Part shown: one piece after another, positions 18,661-28,290 of the stretch
Numbering within the stretch: the first letter of the stretch is position 1
How the letters are laid out: every line of letters starts with the position of its first letter
Source: an uncultured Thermoplasmata archaeon
Lineage (GTDB): Archaea; Thermoplasmatota; Thermoplasmata; RBG-16-68-12
NCBI GenBank assembly: GCA_963768855.1
Contig: CAVYJM010000006.1
Span: forward strand, 896,001 to 960,000
Length of the DNA stretch: 64,000 nt
Reading direction: 5' to 3'
Notes under the pieces: generated by a model
Told to the model about the DNA's origin: nothing
What the model saw: the letters and a program-made list of their open reading frames with translations, nothing else
Databases searched by the model: none
Translations under genes and position numbers: made by a program

Positions 18661-19866
18661 TCACGCCGCGTCGCCCGTGCTCGGGCGCTCGTGGCCCCGG
18701 GCGATTCCATAGGCCCATGCGAACAGGATTCCCGCGACGAGCGTCACCCCGCCGGGAATGAGCGCGAGGGCCCATGGCAGGGCCCAGGTGGAGGCGAGGA
18801 ACCCGATGAGCGCCGCCCCGGTCGCGTCCCCCGCGAGGAACATGTTCTCCAGGAGTCCGAGCTCCGTGCGCTGAGCCCCGGCCCCGAGGCGCTGGCCGAG
18901 GAATGTCATCGGGATCTGGCCGCCCGCGGGCCACAGAAACGCGTACACGATCAGGAACGCGATCGTGGCCGGGAGTGAGTCCCAGAGGAGGAAGGTCATG
19001 TACGCCAGGCCCGTTCCGAGGCCGCCGAACACGATGAGCGGCCGGGCCCATCCTCGGTCCGCCATCCGCCCGAACCAGACCCCGCTGATGCCCCACGTCG
19101 CCGAGGCGGCCACGAAGATCAGGACGGCGGGCCGCAGCTCGAGGGACCGGTCCTCCACCAGGAAGAGGGGAAGCCAGGAGAACCCCGCCCCGCCGAGTCC
19201 GATCAGGTATTGGAGTCCCGCGACCCGGAGCACGTCGCGGTGCTTCAATGCGGCGCGGATGTCCTTCTGGATCAGGGGCCTTCCGATCTGACGGGGAAGG
19301 AGGATCCAGAGGGCCGCGGCCGGGACAAGCGCGAGGACCGCGGCGAAGAGGTAATAGTCCCGCCAGGAGGACACGAAGGGAAGGAAGAACGCCACGGCGA
19401 GCCCCGCGAGCACGCATCCCGCGACGATGCCCGTGACGTAGATGCCCAGGAACGCCCCCTTGCGCTCCCCGAGCACCTCGTTCACCCAGGCGTACGCCAT
19501 CACATTGTACATGCTGAACCCGGCCCCGAGCAGGAACTCCCCCAGCACGAGGACCCAGGGCGCGGGGCTGAGGCCCGCCAGGAGCGCGCCCGCGGCGGCG
19601 CACCCCAGCCCTGCGAGGCTGATCGGCCGGGGTCCGGCGCGGTCCGCGAAGATGCCCGCGATGAACGGGCTCGCGAAGCCTCCGATGCTCAGGCTCGCGA
19701 AGGCGATCCCGAGGCCCGCGTCGCCGAGGCCCAGGGTGTCCGTGACGAGCAGGGAGAGGATCGTGAGGAGGAATACGCCGAACCCTACGACCACGCAGCC
19801 GGCGTAGAGCCAGGTGAAGACGAGCCGCGGCGGCGGATTCCGGCTCGGCGCGGGACGGGCCACCAT
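18661..19866 (-). CDS. MFS transporter
   Basis: About 12 TM helices; motif A (GIFADRAGPR). Confidence 0.85.
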   Translation of the reverse strand: MVARPAPSRNPPPRLVFTWLYAGCVVVGFGVFLLTILSLLVTDTLGLGDAGLGIAFASLSIGGFASPFIAGIFADRAGPRPISLAGLGCAAAGALLAGLSPAPWVLVLGEFLLGAGFSMYNVMAYAWVNEVLGERKGAFLGIYVTGIVAGCVLAGLAVAFFLPFVSSWRDYYLFAAVLALVPAAALWILLPRQIGRPLIQKDIRAALKHRDVLRVAGLQYLIGLGGAGFSWLPLFLVEDRSLELRPAVLIFVAASATWGISGVWFGRMADRGWARPLIVFGGLGTGLAYMTFLLWDSLPATIAFLIVYAFLWPAGGQIPMTFLGQRLGAGAQRTELGLLENMFLAGDATGAALIGFLASTWALPWALALIPGGVTLVAGILFAWAYGIARGHERPSTGDAA

Positions 19867-19963
19867 GGACGGATACCTCCCACCCGGGGAGGCCGGGGAC
19901 GCCCAAAACCCTTCCGCCGGTCGCGACGAGGTTTTTATGGAGCGGACGGCTGGGCGTCCGCAC

Positions 19964-20320
19964 ATGCCGCAGCGTTCCGCAACCCCCGCACCCGATGGGT
20001 TCGATCCTCTGGCCCCGTTCGCGGACAAGGGCGTCCTGGATGAGGTCGTCGGCGCGCTCGCCTCGTTCCGCTGGAAGCTCTATGGTTCCATCCCGGTCCG
20101 CTTCCACCGAGGCGAGCCGACGCCGTACGAGTTCGACCTGAACCTTGGAGTCGTCCACGTCACGGAGCAGGACGCGAAGGGGCTCAGCGAGATCTTCCGT
20201 GCTGTGAACGAGCAATGGAGGACGCGTATGACCTACTGTATCTATCCCTCCAAAGAGACGCCCCGCGAGATGATTCTGAACATCCGCGGCTCGCCCCGCG
20301 CCCCGTCCGAACTTGACTGA
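19964..20320 (+). CDS. Hypothetical protein
   Basis: Host-like codon usage; no family recognised. Confidence 0.6.
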   Translation: MPQRSATPAPDGFDPLAPFADKGVLDEVVGALASFRWKLYGSIPVRFHRGEPTPYEFDLNLGVVHVTEQDAKGLSEIFRAVNEQWRTRMTYCIYPSKETPREMILNIRGSPRAPSELD

Positions 20321-20335
20321 TCCGGCGTTGTCCGC

Positions 20336-21307
20336 TCAGCCGGAGCTGGATTCTTCGACCCGCTTGAGGACCCGAAGGGCCGTCAGGGTGATCCACTTGC
20401 TCGGCTGACCCTCCGTCTCGAGCGCGAATCGCTTTGGCTTCTTGTGGAAGCGGTATCCCGCGCCGGCCCCCAGGTCCGGATGTATCTTGTCGAGCCGCCA
20501 CGTGCCATCGGCTCCTCGCTTCTTGCGCAGGATGTCGAGGGCGGCACGGAGGCGGCGGTCCCCGCCGTATCCGAGGGCCGTCAGCATATCCAGGCCCACA
20601 AGCACGTCGTAGTAATAGTGGACCGGGTAGTGGAAGCGGACCCAAGGGACATACCGGCGGCCCTGACGGAAGAGCTCGCGATCGAGGAAGAACTCTGCGC
20701 CCGCCTCCGCGGAACGCTTGATGCGGGGGGTCCAGTGTGCACGCGGGAGCGCGGAGTAGGCGTAGAGCCCCTCCCAGGCATCGAGCGTCCCGTGGCCGAA
20801 CGCCGTTTGGTAGAAGCAGTGCCAGCCGCCGTCCTCCATCTGATGCTCGACCAGCCAGTCGAACGCGGAGCGGACGCGCGGGTCGTCCGCGAACCCGCAC
20901 CGCGCGAGGGTCCTCGCGAGGTTCCCTGTGAGGCAGAGCTCGCTCCGCCTGCTCTCGACGTCGTCGAACCCTCCGTCCTTCCGGGCGTAGTCCGTCAGGA
21001 AGAGCTCGCAGGTCTTCCGGACCCGCGGGTCCTCCGCAGTCAGGCCCAGGTCCGCGAGGACGATGAACCGCCAGATCGTCGCGGTGTACTTGGGACGGTA
21101 CAGGTCCTTCCGGGATTCCCACTGACCCTCAGGCCGTTGCGTTTCCAGGATGGTCTTGGCCCAGCCCTGCTTCGGGATGGCTCTCCGAGCTTCGGCCACT
21201 TCGGCATCCTGGGGGCCCCGGTCAAGTAGACCTGTCAGGGTCCCGTAGCGAGCGGCGGGTTGGGACGGTTCGAGGAGCCAGTCGAGGACGGTCGGTCTCG
21301 GTCGCAT
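20336..21307 (-). CDS. Prenyltransferase/squalene-cyclase-like alpha/alpha-barrel protein
   Basis: QW-type repeats (QRPEGQW, QMEDGGWHC), YRPKYTATIW, FHYPVHYYYDVL. Confidence 0.75.
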   Translation of the reverse strand: MRPRPTVLDWLLEPSQPAARYGTLTGLLDRGPQDAEVAEARRAIPKQGWAKTILETQRPEGQWESRKDLYRPKYTATIWRFIVLADLGLTAEDPRVRKTCELFLTDYARKDGGFDDVESRRSELCLTGNLARTLARCGFADDPRVRSAFDWLVEHQMEDGGWHCFYQTAFGHGTLDAWEGLYAYSALPRAHWTPRIKRSAEAGAEFFLDRELFRQGRRYVPWVRFHYPVHYYYDVLVGLDMLTALGYGGDRRLRAALDILRKKRGADGTWRLDKIHPDLGAGAGYRFHKKPKRFALETEGQPSKWITLTALRVLKRVEESSSG

Positions 21308-21528
21308 CTGCGACAGGCGAGTCGTTGCGATTATATCCGCCTTGTGCCCTCGGTTGCGGGGGCCTCCAAGGCGGCGGCCGAAGACGATTGGGAGCAATCT
21401 CGATGTCCTGCCCCAGGCTTCCCGCACGACCTTCCGGATCCCGTCGCAGAACACCCTCATATCGGTTCTCCGGGAACGAAGCCGATACCGATATATAGTT
21501 CCGGCCATCTATCGGATGTCTGAGAAAC

Positions 21529-22458
21529 GTGCCCATACCGATATCCATATCTGACCTTCCCCCGCTGTTCTGGGGAAGGATTCAACGCAATTTCCGTATT
21601 CTCGACTCGCATCGTCCGTTGCCCAAGGACACGGTCCAGGCTCTCCAGAACCAGATTCGCATTCTGCACACCTACCACAGCAATGCCATTGAAGGGAACT
21701 CCCTCACTTTGAACGAGACCCGGCTCGTCGTCCAAGAGGGCGTCACTATTGGCGGCAAGAGCCTTCAGGACCATCTGGAAGCGACGAACAACGCGAAGGC
21801 TTTCGATTGGATCGTGAGTCTTGGGAAACCAGGTCTCCGAATCGATCATGCATTGACGCGGCGCCTGCACGAGGTGGTCACGCGTGGAATCCTTGACTCC
21901 GCGGGCAGGTATCGGACGGAACAGGTTTGGATCGGGGGGGCCAAGCTCACCCCGCCGCAGCCCGCCAAGATCATGCCCCTCCTGGATACACTCTTCGGCG
22001 AACTGCCCAGGATCCGGGAAGTCGTTCTCCGAAGCATCTACCTGCATCACCGGCTCGTCTACGTCCACCCCTTCCTCGATGGGAACGGACGGGTCGCCCG
22101 GCTCGCGGCCAACCTGGCCCTGATGAGCGGGGGCTATCCTCCGATCGTGTTGCGGGTCTCCGATCGGTTGCGCTATTACCGCCACCTTCAGGCGGCAGAC
22201 GCGGGGGATCTCCGACCGTTCGCCGGGTTCGTCCTTCGCGCGCTCGACGAGGCGATTGTCACCTATCTTGCGGCATTGGAACCGGAGCGGGCCCTCATCC
22301 CCCTGAAGATGCTCGCCCGCCGGTCCCCGTACTCCCAGGAATACTTGTCTCTGCGGGCGCGGCAGGGGGTTCTCGAAGCGGTGAAGATCGACGGGGCGTG
22401 GTACGCGAGCAGGAAGGGCCTTGCGGACTACGAGGAGAGCGTCGGCCGCAAGGGTTGA
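21529..22458 (+). CDS. Fic (Fido) family protein, class II, with C-terminal HTH-like domain
   Basis: HPFLDGNGRVAR catalytic motif; SNAIEGN inhibitory-helix motif; C-terminal EYLSLRARQGVLEAVKIDGAWY. Confidence 0.9.
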   Translation: MPIPISISDLPPLFWGRIQRNFRILDSHRPLPKDTVQALQNQIRILHTYHSNAIEGNSLTLNETRLVVQEGVTIGGKSLQDHLEATNNAKAFDWIVSLGKPGLRIDHALTRRLHEVVTRGILDSAGRYRTEQVWIGGAKLTPPQPAKIMPLLDTLFGELPRIREVVLRSIYLHHRLVYVHPFLDGNGRVARLAANLALMSGGYPPIVLRVSDRLRYYRHLQAADAGDLRPFAGFVLRALDEAIVTYLAALEPERALIPLKMLARRSPYSQEYLSLRARQGVLEAVKIDGAWYASRKGLADYEESVGRKG

Positions 22459-22462
22459 AAAG

Positions 22463-22535
22463 TGGACCGGGTGGGATTTGAACCCACGGCCTCTACCATG
22501 CCAAGATAGCGATCTTCCAGCTGATCTACCGGCCC
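22463..22535 (-). tRNA. tRNA-Ala(GGC), no intron
   Basis: GGGCCGG/CCGGTCC acceptor stem, CTATC-TTGGCAT-GGTAG anticodon arm, GTGGG-TTCAAAT-CCCAC T arm, 73 nt; CCTTAATA TATA box upstream. Confidence 0.95.
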
Positions 22536-22598
22536 GCGGAACCGCTGTAAGATAGGGTCCGGTATTAAGGTTTCTCGGACCGGGGCGCCTCGGATCCG

Positions 22599-23189
22599 TC
22601 ACCCAACGCGGCCCGCCACGGTCCAGATATGCAGGAGCGTGAACAGGAAGAACAGGCCCGTCTCGACGACGTGCATCGGCTTCCACACGCTGAAGGCGCG
22701 CTTCATCGCGGGGAGGTGCCGGTACAGGTAGCGGCCAAAGACGCCGCTGATCGTCGTGAGGATGAGCAGCCAGGTCGCGATCCCCGCGTATCCGAAGATT
22801 GTCAGGCTCCGATAGGGGAACTGGAACGGAAAGCCCGCGTGGATGAGGATCCCGATCAGCCCTCCGAGGCTGAGGCCGATGTGGGCCGTGAGCCATGCGC
22901 CGGAGCCGCCGAGCTTGCGGATGTACTGGGGCACCCCGACCCGCTTCACGAGCGTGTAGCCTTGGGCCGCCACGACGAGCGTGAGCCCGACGTACGCGAT
23001 CGTCGGATCCGTGTCTTCCCCGCCTCGGTAGGGGCGAAGCATGTTCGAGATGCTCCGCGCGGTTGTCGCGGGCACGTACATGTAGAACAGGAGGATCGCG
23101 ATTGTGAACAGCAATACGAGGATCGTGCCTCCGTACCGCTTCCAGAACCGCCGGACGTCGAAGGTCCGAACGGTGGCCGTCCCTTCCAT
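22599..23189 (-). CDS. Ferric-reductase-like / cytochrome b-type membrane protein
   Basis: Two TM His pairs: WLTAHIGLSLGGLIGILIHAG and WKPMHVVETGLFFLFTLLHIW. Confidence 0.6.
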   Translation of the reverse strand: MEGTATVRTFDVRRFWKRYGGTILVLLFTIAILLFYMYVPATTARSISNMLRPYRGGEDTDPTIAYVGLTLVVAAQGYTLVKRVGVPQYIRKLGGSGAWLTAHIGLSLGGLIGILIHAGFPFQFPYRSLTIFGYAGIATWLLILTTISGVFGRYLYRHLPAMKRAFSVWKPMHVVETGLFFLFTLLHIWTVAGRVG

Positions 23190-23476
23190 CAGGCCCTCGG
23201 CGGGGCGGGAGTGGGCTTCTTCGCGTTCTTCGCGCGCATCGAACGCCGGTGGATGAAGTCTCGGATCGCGAAGCCGAAGATGAACGCGAGGATGATGGAG
23301 ATGACCGAGACGTAGTTGTACGCGAAGCTCGCGCCCCCGGCTCCGAGCCCACCGTCCTCCGCGGCCGCGACGCTCGCGATCGGCGCGACGCGGGACAACG
23401 GCGATATGAGATAGGCTCCGAGGGCGGTCCAGAACGCTAGCACGAGGCGGTGGAGTCGGGTGGAGGCGGGCGCCAT
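23189..23476 (-). CDS. Small two-TM membrane protein
   Basis: Two hydrophobic segments; TGATG stop/start overlap with the downstream gene. Confidence 0.65.
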   Translation of the reverse strand: MAPASTRLHRLVLAFWTALGAYLISPLSRVAPIASVAAAEDGGLGAGGASFAYNYVSVISIILAFIFGFAIRDFIHRRSMRAKNAKKPTPAPPRA

Positions 23477-23607
23477 TGTTCGCTTCCCCTTCGCTCCCGC
23501 GCTTCGCGGGGAGCCGCGCCCGCACTCGATTTAGGACACTTGAAACTTATGGCACAAATACCGACCCGTGAAGGTCATGAACGAGATCCGTCGAGGTGCG
23601 TGGCAGC

Positions 23608-25090
23608 TCAGGCCGAGGACCGCGGCCGCTTCGCGGCCTTCTTTGAGGTCGTTTCGGCGTACATCTCGAGCGGCTTCTCCCGGCGCATCTTCTCGCCCGG
23701 GATCGCGATTGGGTACTCGCCGGTCAGGCACCCGAGGCACAGAGTCGTCGCGCGGGTGCTTGAGTGCCGTCATGAGACCGCGCATGGAGAGGTAGCCCAG
23801 GGAGTCGGCGGTGATGAACTCCGCGATTTCCGGGACGGTCTTCTGGTTTGCGATGAACTGCTCGCGCGTCTTCATGTCGATGCCCAGGAAGCAGGGGGAT
23901 CGGATGGGCGGGCAGCCGACTCGCACGTGGACCTCCTTGGCGCCCGCCTGGCGGACGATTTGGACGATCTTGCGAAGCGTTGTGCCGCGGATGATCGAGT
24001 CGTCGACCAGCACCACCCGCTTGTTCTTCACCGCGGAGCGGATGGGGTTCAGCTTGAGCATCACGCCCACCTCCCGTTCCGATTGCTCCGGCATGATGAA
24101 GGTCCGCTCGATGTAGCGGTTCTTGATCAGGCCCTCGACGACGGGCAGGCCCGTCTCACTCGCGTAGCCCTGAGCCTGCGCCCTCCCGGATTCCGGGACC
24201 GGGACCACGATGTCCGCCGTGACCGGATGCTCCCGCGCCAGTTCCTGGCCGATCTTCACGCGCGCGTCGTACACGAGGCGTCCGTCCAGGACGCTGTCGG
24301 GCCGGGCGAAGTACACCCACTCGAACATGCAGTGCGCGGTGTGCGTGGGATGAGGCAGCCGGAACGATTCGAACCCTCCGGGGCGCAGCTCGACGATCTC
24401 GCCCGCCTTGAGGTCGCGGATGAAGCGATAACCGAGCGCGTCGAACACGACACTCTCCGAGGAGATCATCATCGTGCCGTCCCGCTCGCCGAGGCAGAGG
24501 GGCCGGATCGCGAGCGGGTCCCGCACCGCGTACACCGTGCCGTTGATCAGGAGGGCGAGGCTGTAGGCGCCCTGGAGGCGGTTCGTGAACTCCTTCAGAG
24601 CGCGCTTCGGGTCTCCCGAGGTCACGAGCTCGTTCGCGAGGAGGCGGATGATCACCTCGCTGTCCGAGGTCGTCATGAAGGCCCACCCCTTCCGGCTCAG
24701 GTCCTCACGAATCTCGGGGGCGTTCACGATCTCCCCGTTGTGCGCGAGGGCGATGTCCCCGTAGGACGTCCGGACGACGATGGGCTGGGCGTTGTCGAGC
24801 ACGCTCGAGCCGGCCGTGGAGTAGCGGACATGGCCGATGCCCGACTGACCGCGGAAGCCCATGAGGTCGTCCTTCGTGAAGACCTCGTGGACGAGCCCCA
24901 TGCCGCGCTTCGACTTCACCTCGCCGTCGAAGACCGCGAGCCCCGCGGACTCCTGGCCGCGGTGCTGGAGGATCCGGAGCCCATAGTACAGCTCCGTGGC
25001 CACCGGCATCTCGCTCGCGCAACCAATGATGCCGCATTTTTCGCGCGGGCGGAGGTCGGAGTATTCCGACGCAGCGCCGTCGCCGGACAT
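23608..25090 (-). CDS. purF: Amidophosphoribosyltransferase with a one-base frameshift near the 3' end (extra base about 23743)
   Basis: EKCGIIG propeptide junction, QHRGQESAG, VLVDDSIIRGTT PRPP loop; LCLGCLTGEYPI appears only after removing one base. Confidence 0.9.
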
Positions 25091-25092
25091 CC

Positions 25093-25260
25093 TCAGTGCC
25101 TCTTCGCCCAGGAAAAATTCCTCAACTTCTTGGTGCTCCCGTACCCGCAGGAAGAACAGTATCCCTTGCGCTTGTGGTACGAATGGCGGCCGCAGCGCCG
25201 GCACCGGATGTGGACGGATTTGACGCCCATCTTCCCGAGCGATGCGGTTCCCTTTGTCAT
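25093..25260 (-). CDS. rpl37e: 50S ribosomal protein eL37 (L37e)
   Basis: MTKGTASLGK...HIRCRRCGRHSYHKRKGYCSSCGYG; missing from the ORF track. Confidence 0.95.
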   Translation of the reverse strand: MTKGTASLGKMGVKSVHIRCRRCGRHSYHKRKGYCSSCGYGSTKKLRNFSWAKRH

Positions 25261-25279
25261 CTACGCCACCTCGGCGCCG

Positions 25280-25495
25280 TCAGGGGGAGATGTAGATCAC
25301 GTTGTCCCCGCGAACGATCGCGAGGTCCATCTTCCGCTGCGACTGGTTGTCCTGGGTTTCCTCCGCGTTGCGGAGCACGAGGTTCATGTGCGGGTCGAAC
25401 CCGTCCAGGATGCCTCGATATCCCCGGCCTCCCTTGAGCTCGACCATCACGTTGGACGAGATCTTCTGGTTGAGGAGGGAGAGTGGCTTAATCAT
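25280..25495 (-). CDS. LSm/Sm-like RNA-binding protein
   Basis: GILDGFDPHMNLVL, IVRGDNVIYISP; conserved LSm-L37e order. Confidence 0.95.
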   Translation of the reverse strand: MIKPLSLLNQKISSNVMVELKGGRGYRGILDGFDPHMNLVLRNAEETQDNQSQRKMDLAIVRGDNVIYISP

Positions 25496-25576
25496 GGGAC
25501 CACGTCCGAAGGAGAGGAGGAGCAGTACTTAAAGGTCTCGGCGAAGCGGAAGCGACTTCCGCCTCCCTGGGCGCGC

Positions 25577-25740
25577 TCACGACTCCGACTTGACCACGGG
25601 CCGTCCCTCGCCCAGACCCGCGCCCTTTCTCGGACTGATGCGGAAGCTGGAGTGACGCAGCACGTCCATCCCGACGATCAGGTGGCACCGCATGTTCTTG
25701 CGGTCCGTGATGGCGACCTGCGCCTCGAAGGCGGTCAGCG
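25577..25740 (-). pseudogene. 3' fragment of a RimK-associated retropepsin-like protease
   Basis: FEAQVAITDRKNMRCHLIVGMDVL...FRISP resembles the family C-terminus; N-terminal catalytic part absent. Confidence 0.45.
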
Positions 25741-25910
25741 TCGAGATCAGCGGCGGGGCCATGATCTTCCGCGGGGAAGTGCCCGTGGTCCTCGAGGTGA
25801 ACGCGTCCCTCGGGTTTCGCGGCCTTCGGGAGGCGACCATGGCGAGCTCGGTGGACGCGATTGTCGACTACGCGATCGAGAAGGCCGACTCCGGAGCGAA
25901 ACCCACATGA
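25730..25910 (+). pseudogene. 3' fragment of a RimK/LysX ATP-grasp ligase
   Basis: VPVVLEVNASLGFRGLREAT...DAIVDYAIEKA resembles the RimK C-terminal LEVNxSPG motif. Confidence 0.55.
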
Positions 25911-25934
25911 TGGGTGGAACACCTGCCGGAAAGC

Positions 25935-26375
25935 ATGCCGGAGGAACCGATTCCGGGCTCCCGCGTCCGAGCGACCACGAAGCAGGGCACCCTGACGGTC
26001 GATGAGATCGCCGCGATGCAGCCCGGCGGCGCGCGGCTCATGGACGAGGTCGCGCACCGGGTCTGGGTGCTCTACTATGCCGCGAAGGCGGGGAACTGGG
26101 AGCTCGCGCACTACATGGAGAGAGAGTCGGAGAAGACCCTCGAGTTCCTCGCGAAGACCCGACCGAAGTACGCTGCGGACCTCGAGACGTTCGTGCGCGA
26201 GGAGCTCGGCCCGATCGTGCGGGCCGTCGACGCGAAGGACTGGGGCGCCTTCGAGGCAGCCTTCCGACACATGGTGGACGTGTCCGATGTCTATCATGCG
26301 AAGTACAACAAGGGCTTCCTGCGTTTCCGCCTCCCCGACCGTCCGCCCGAATGGTTTGACCTGAGCCCGCGATAG
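25935..26375 (+). CDS. Helical-bundle protein resembling cytochrome c'-like proteins but without CxxCH
   Basis: LYYAAKAGNWELAHY...AVDAKDWGAFEAAF...SDVYH. Confidence 0.6.
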   Translation: MPEEPIPGSRVRATTKQGTLTVDEIAAMQPGGARLMDEVAHRVWVLYYAAKAGNWELAHYMERESEKTLEFLAKTRPKYAADLETFVREELGPIVRAVDAKDWGAFEAAFRHMVDVSDVYHAKYNKGFLRFRLPDRPPEWFDLSPR

Positions 26376-26421
26376 CCTTTTGCGCCGGTCCCGCTTACGA
26401 GCCGCGAGCGAGGCAGAACCG

Positions 26422-27366
26422 ATGAAGCGCGTGTCACTCGGGAAGAAGGGGCCGAAGGTCTCCGAGATCGGGGTCGGGATGTGGCAGGCCGGCGGCAAGG
26501 CCTGGGGCAGCGACGTCCGGGACCTCGACTGCCAGAAGGCGATGGAGCGCGCAATCGAGCTCGGCATCGATCTCGTCGACACGGCGGAGGCCTACGGCGA
26601 CGGGCACTCCGAGGAAGTGGTCGGCAAGGCCGTCAAAGCGGTCGGCCGGGACAATGTGTTCATCGCCACGAAGGTCGGAGGCGAACACCTCCGCGGTCGG
26701 GACGTGGAGCGCGCCTGCCAAGAGAGTCTGAAGCGACTCGGGGTACGGGAGATCGACCTGTACCAGGTCCACTGGCCGAACCCCTGGAGCCTGACGCCCA
26801 TTCCCGAGACGATGAGCGCCCTGGAGCGCCTCGAACGCCAGGGCAAGATCCGCCACATCGGCGTCAGCAACTTCGCGGTCCGGGACCTCGAGGAGGCGCG
26901 CGCCTCGCTGTCGCGCACGGATATCGTCTCGGACCAGGTCCAGTACAGCCTGCTCCACCGCGAGCCCGAGGCGGGCCTCGTCTCCTACGCGAGGCGGGAG
27001 GGCATTGCTCTCCTGGCGTGGAGCCCGATCGCGAAGGGGATCCTAGCCGGGAAGTTCGATGCGAAGAAGCGACCCCGGGATCCGATTCGCTCGGACAGCG
27101 ACCTGTTCAAGCCGCAGAACCTGAAAGCGGCCGCCCCGCTCGTCTCCAGCCTTCGGAAGATCGGGAAGGCGCACCGCAAGACGTCCGCTCAGGTGGCCCT
27201 GCGCTGGGTCGCAGACCACCCCGGCGTGATCCCGATTCCCGGCATGAAGCGCCCCGCGCAGGCGGAGGAAAATGCGGGGGCCGCAGGCTGGTCCCTGTCC
27301 CATGCGGAGCGGGTCGTCCTCGATCGGGTGTCGTCGGCGGTCTTGGCCCGGCTCGACACGTTCTGA
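26422..27366 (+). CDS. Aldo/keto reductase
   Basis: VDTAEAYG, FIATKV, IDLYQVHWP, IGVSNF, QVALRWV. Confidence 0.95.
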   Translation: MKRVSLGKKGPKVSEIGVGMWQAGGKAWGSDVRDLDCQKAMERAIELGIDLVDTAEAYGDGHSEEVVGKAVKAVGRDNVFIATKVGGEHLRGRDVERACQESLKRLGVREIDLYQVHWPNPWSLTPIPETMSALERLERQGKIRHIGVSNFAVRDLEEARASLSRTDIVSDQVQYSLLHREPEAGLVSYARREGIALLAWSPIAKGILAGKFDAKKRPRDPIRSDSDLFKPQNLKAAAPLVSSLRKIGKAHRKTSAQVALRWVADHPGVIPIPGMKRPAQAEENAGAAGWSLSHAERVVLDRVSSAVLARLDTF

Positions 27367-27375
27367 GGCGGACGC

Positions 27376-28290
27376 CTACTGCGGCGGCTGGGTCGGCGGC
27401 ATCCTGGGCTTGCGCCGGATGACGACCATCGCCGCGACCGCGATGACCACGATGACGATGATGGCCGCCGCATACAGCGTGTAATCAGGGGTCGAGGGCG
27501 CCGCGCCTCCGCCCGTGCTCAGCACTTGGAACGGTCCTTCCATCGCGGAGCCGTGGAAGCCGCAGTAGTAGGTGTAGTTCCCCGGGGCCGCCGCGACCGT
27601 GTACGACCAGCCCGTGACCGGGAACGCGCTTCCACCGAACGAAGGGGACTGGGGGTCGCTGGCATCCGGGCTCGCGCCGCTGTGGTCCACGTCGATGAAG
27701 AACGAGTGCTCCGCGCCGTCCGCGGAGACGAGCTCGAAGGTCACCACGTCTCCCTGGTGGGCCGAGAGGAGCGGCCCGGGGTTCTGGATGGCCGAGCTTG
27801 ACGTCCCCCATCCCGCGGTGGCGGACCCGTAGAGGACGAAGGTCGGCGCCGCAACGATCGTGATCGGGCCGTGCATGGATCCGGGGTGGATGTTGCAGTA
27901 GTAGGTGTACGTCCCTGGGCTGTCCGGCACGGTGAACGTGAACGTGAGCGGAGCCGTCGGGGACGAGAAGCTCGCAGAGCTGATATCGCCCGTGTTGTTC
28001 GTGCCGTCCTTGGTCAGGTCGATGAACCACGTGTGGGTCGCGCTGTCGTTCGAGTAAAGATGGACCGTCACGCTGTCGCCGACAAACATCGTCAGGCTCG
28101 GCCCGGGTTCCGAGATAGATGTCGCCGTCAGACCCCATCCGCCGGTCACGGAGCCGTAGAGGTTGATCGAGTAAGCCGCGGCGACAGCGGGCGTCGGGCT
28201 CGATCCGCTCGCGGAGGGCAGGCTCAGCACGAAGGCGGAACTCACCAGGAGGAGCCCGAGCACCAGGATGCCAAAACCAGTCGTCTTCAT
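27376..28290 (-). CDS. Secreted, C-terminally anchored protein with two type-1 copper (plastocyanin-like) domains
   Basis: Signal peptide; THTW...YYCNIHPGSM and EHSF...YYCGFHGSAM; C-terminal TM followed by RRK. Confidence 0.9.
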   Translation of the reverse strand: MKTTGFGILVLGLLLVSSAFVLSLPSASGSSPTPAVAAAYSINLYGSVTGGWGLTATSISEPGPSLTMFVGDSVTVHLYSNDSATHTWFIDLTKDGTNNTGDISSASFSSPTAPLTFTFTVPDSPGTYTYYCNIHPGSMHGPITIVAAPTFVLYGSATAGWGTSSSAIQNPGPLLSAHQGDVVTFELVSADGAEHSFFIDVDHSGASPDASDPQSPSFGGSAFPVTGWSYTVAAAPGNYTYYCGFHGSAMEGPFQVLSTGGGAAPSTPDYTLYAAAIIVIVVIAVAAMVVIRRKPRMPPTQPPQ

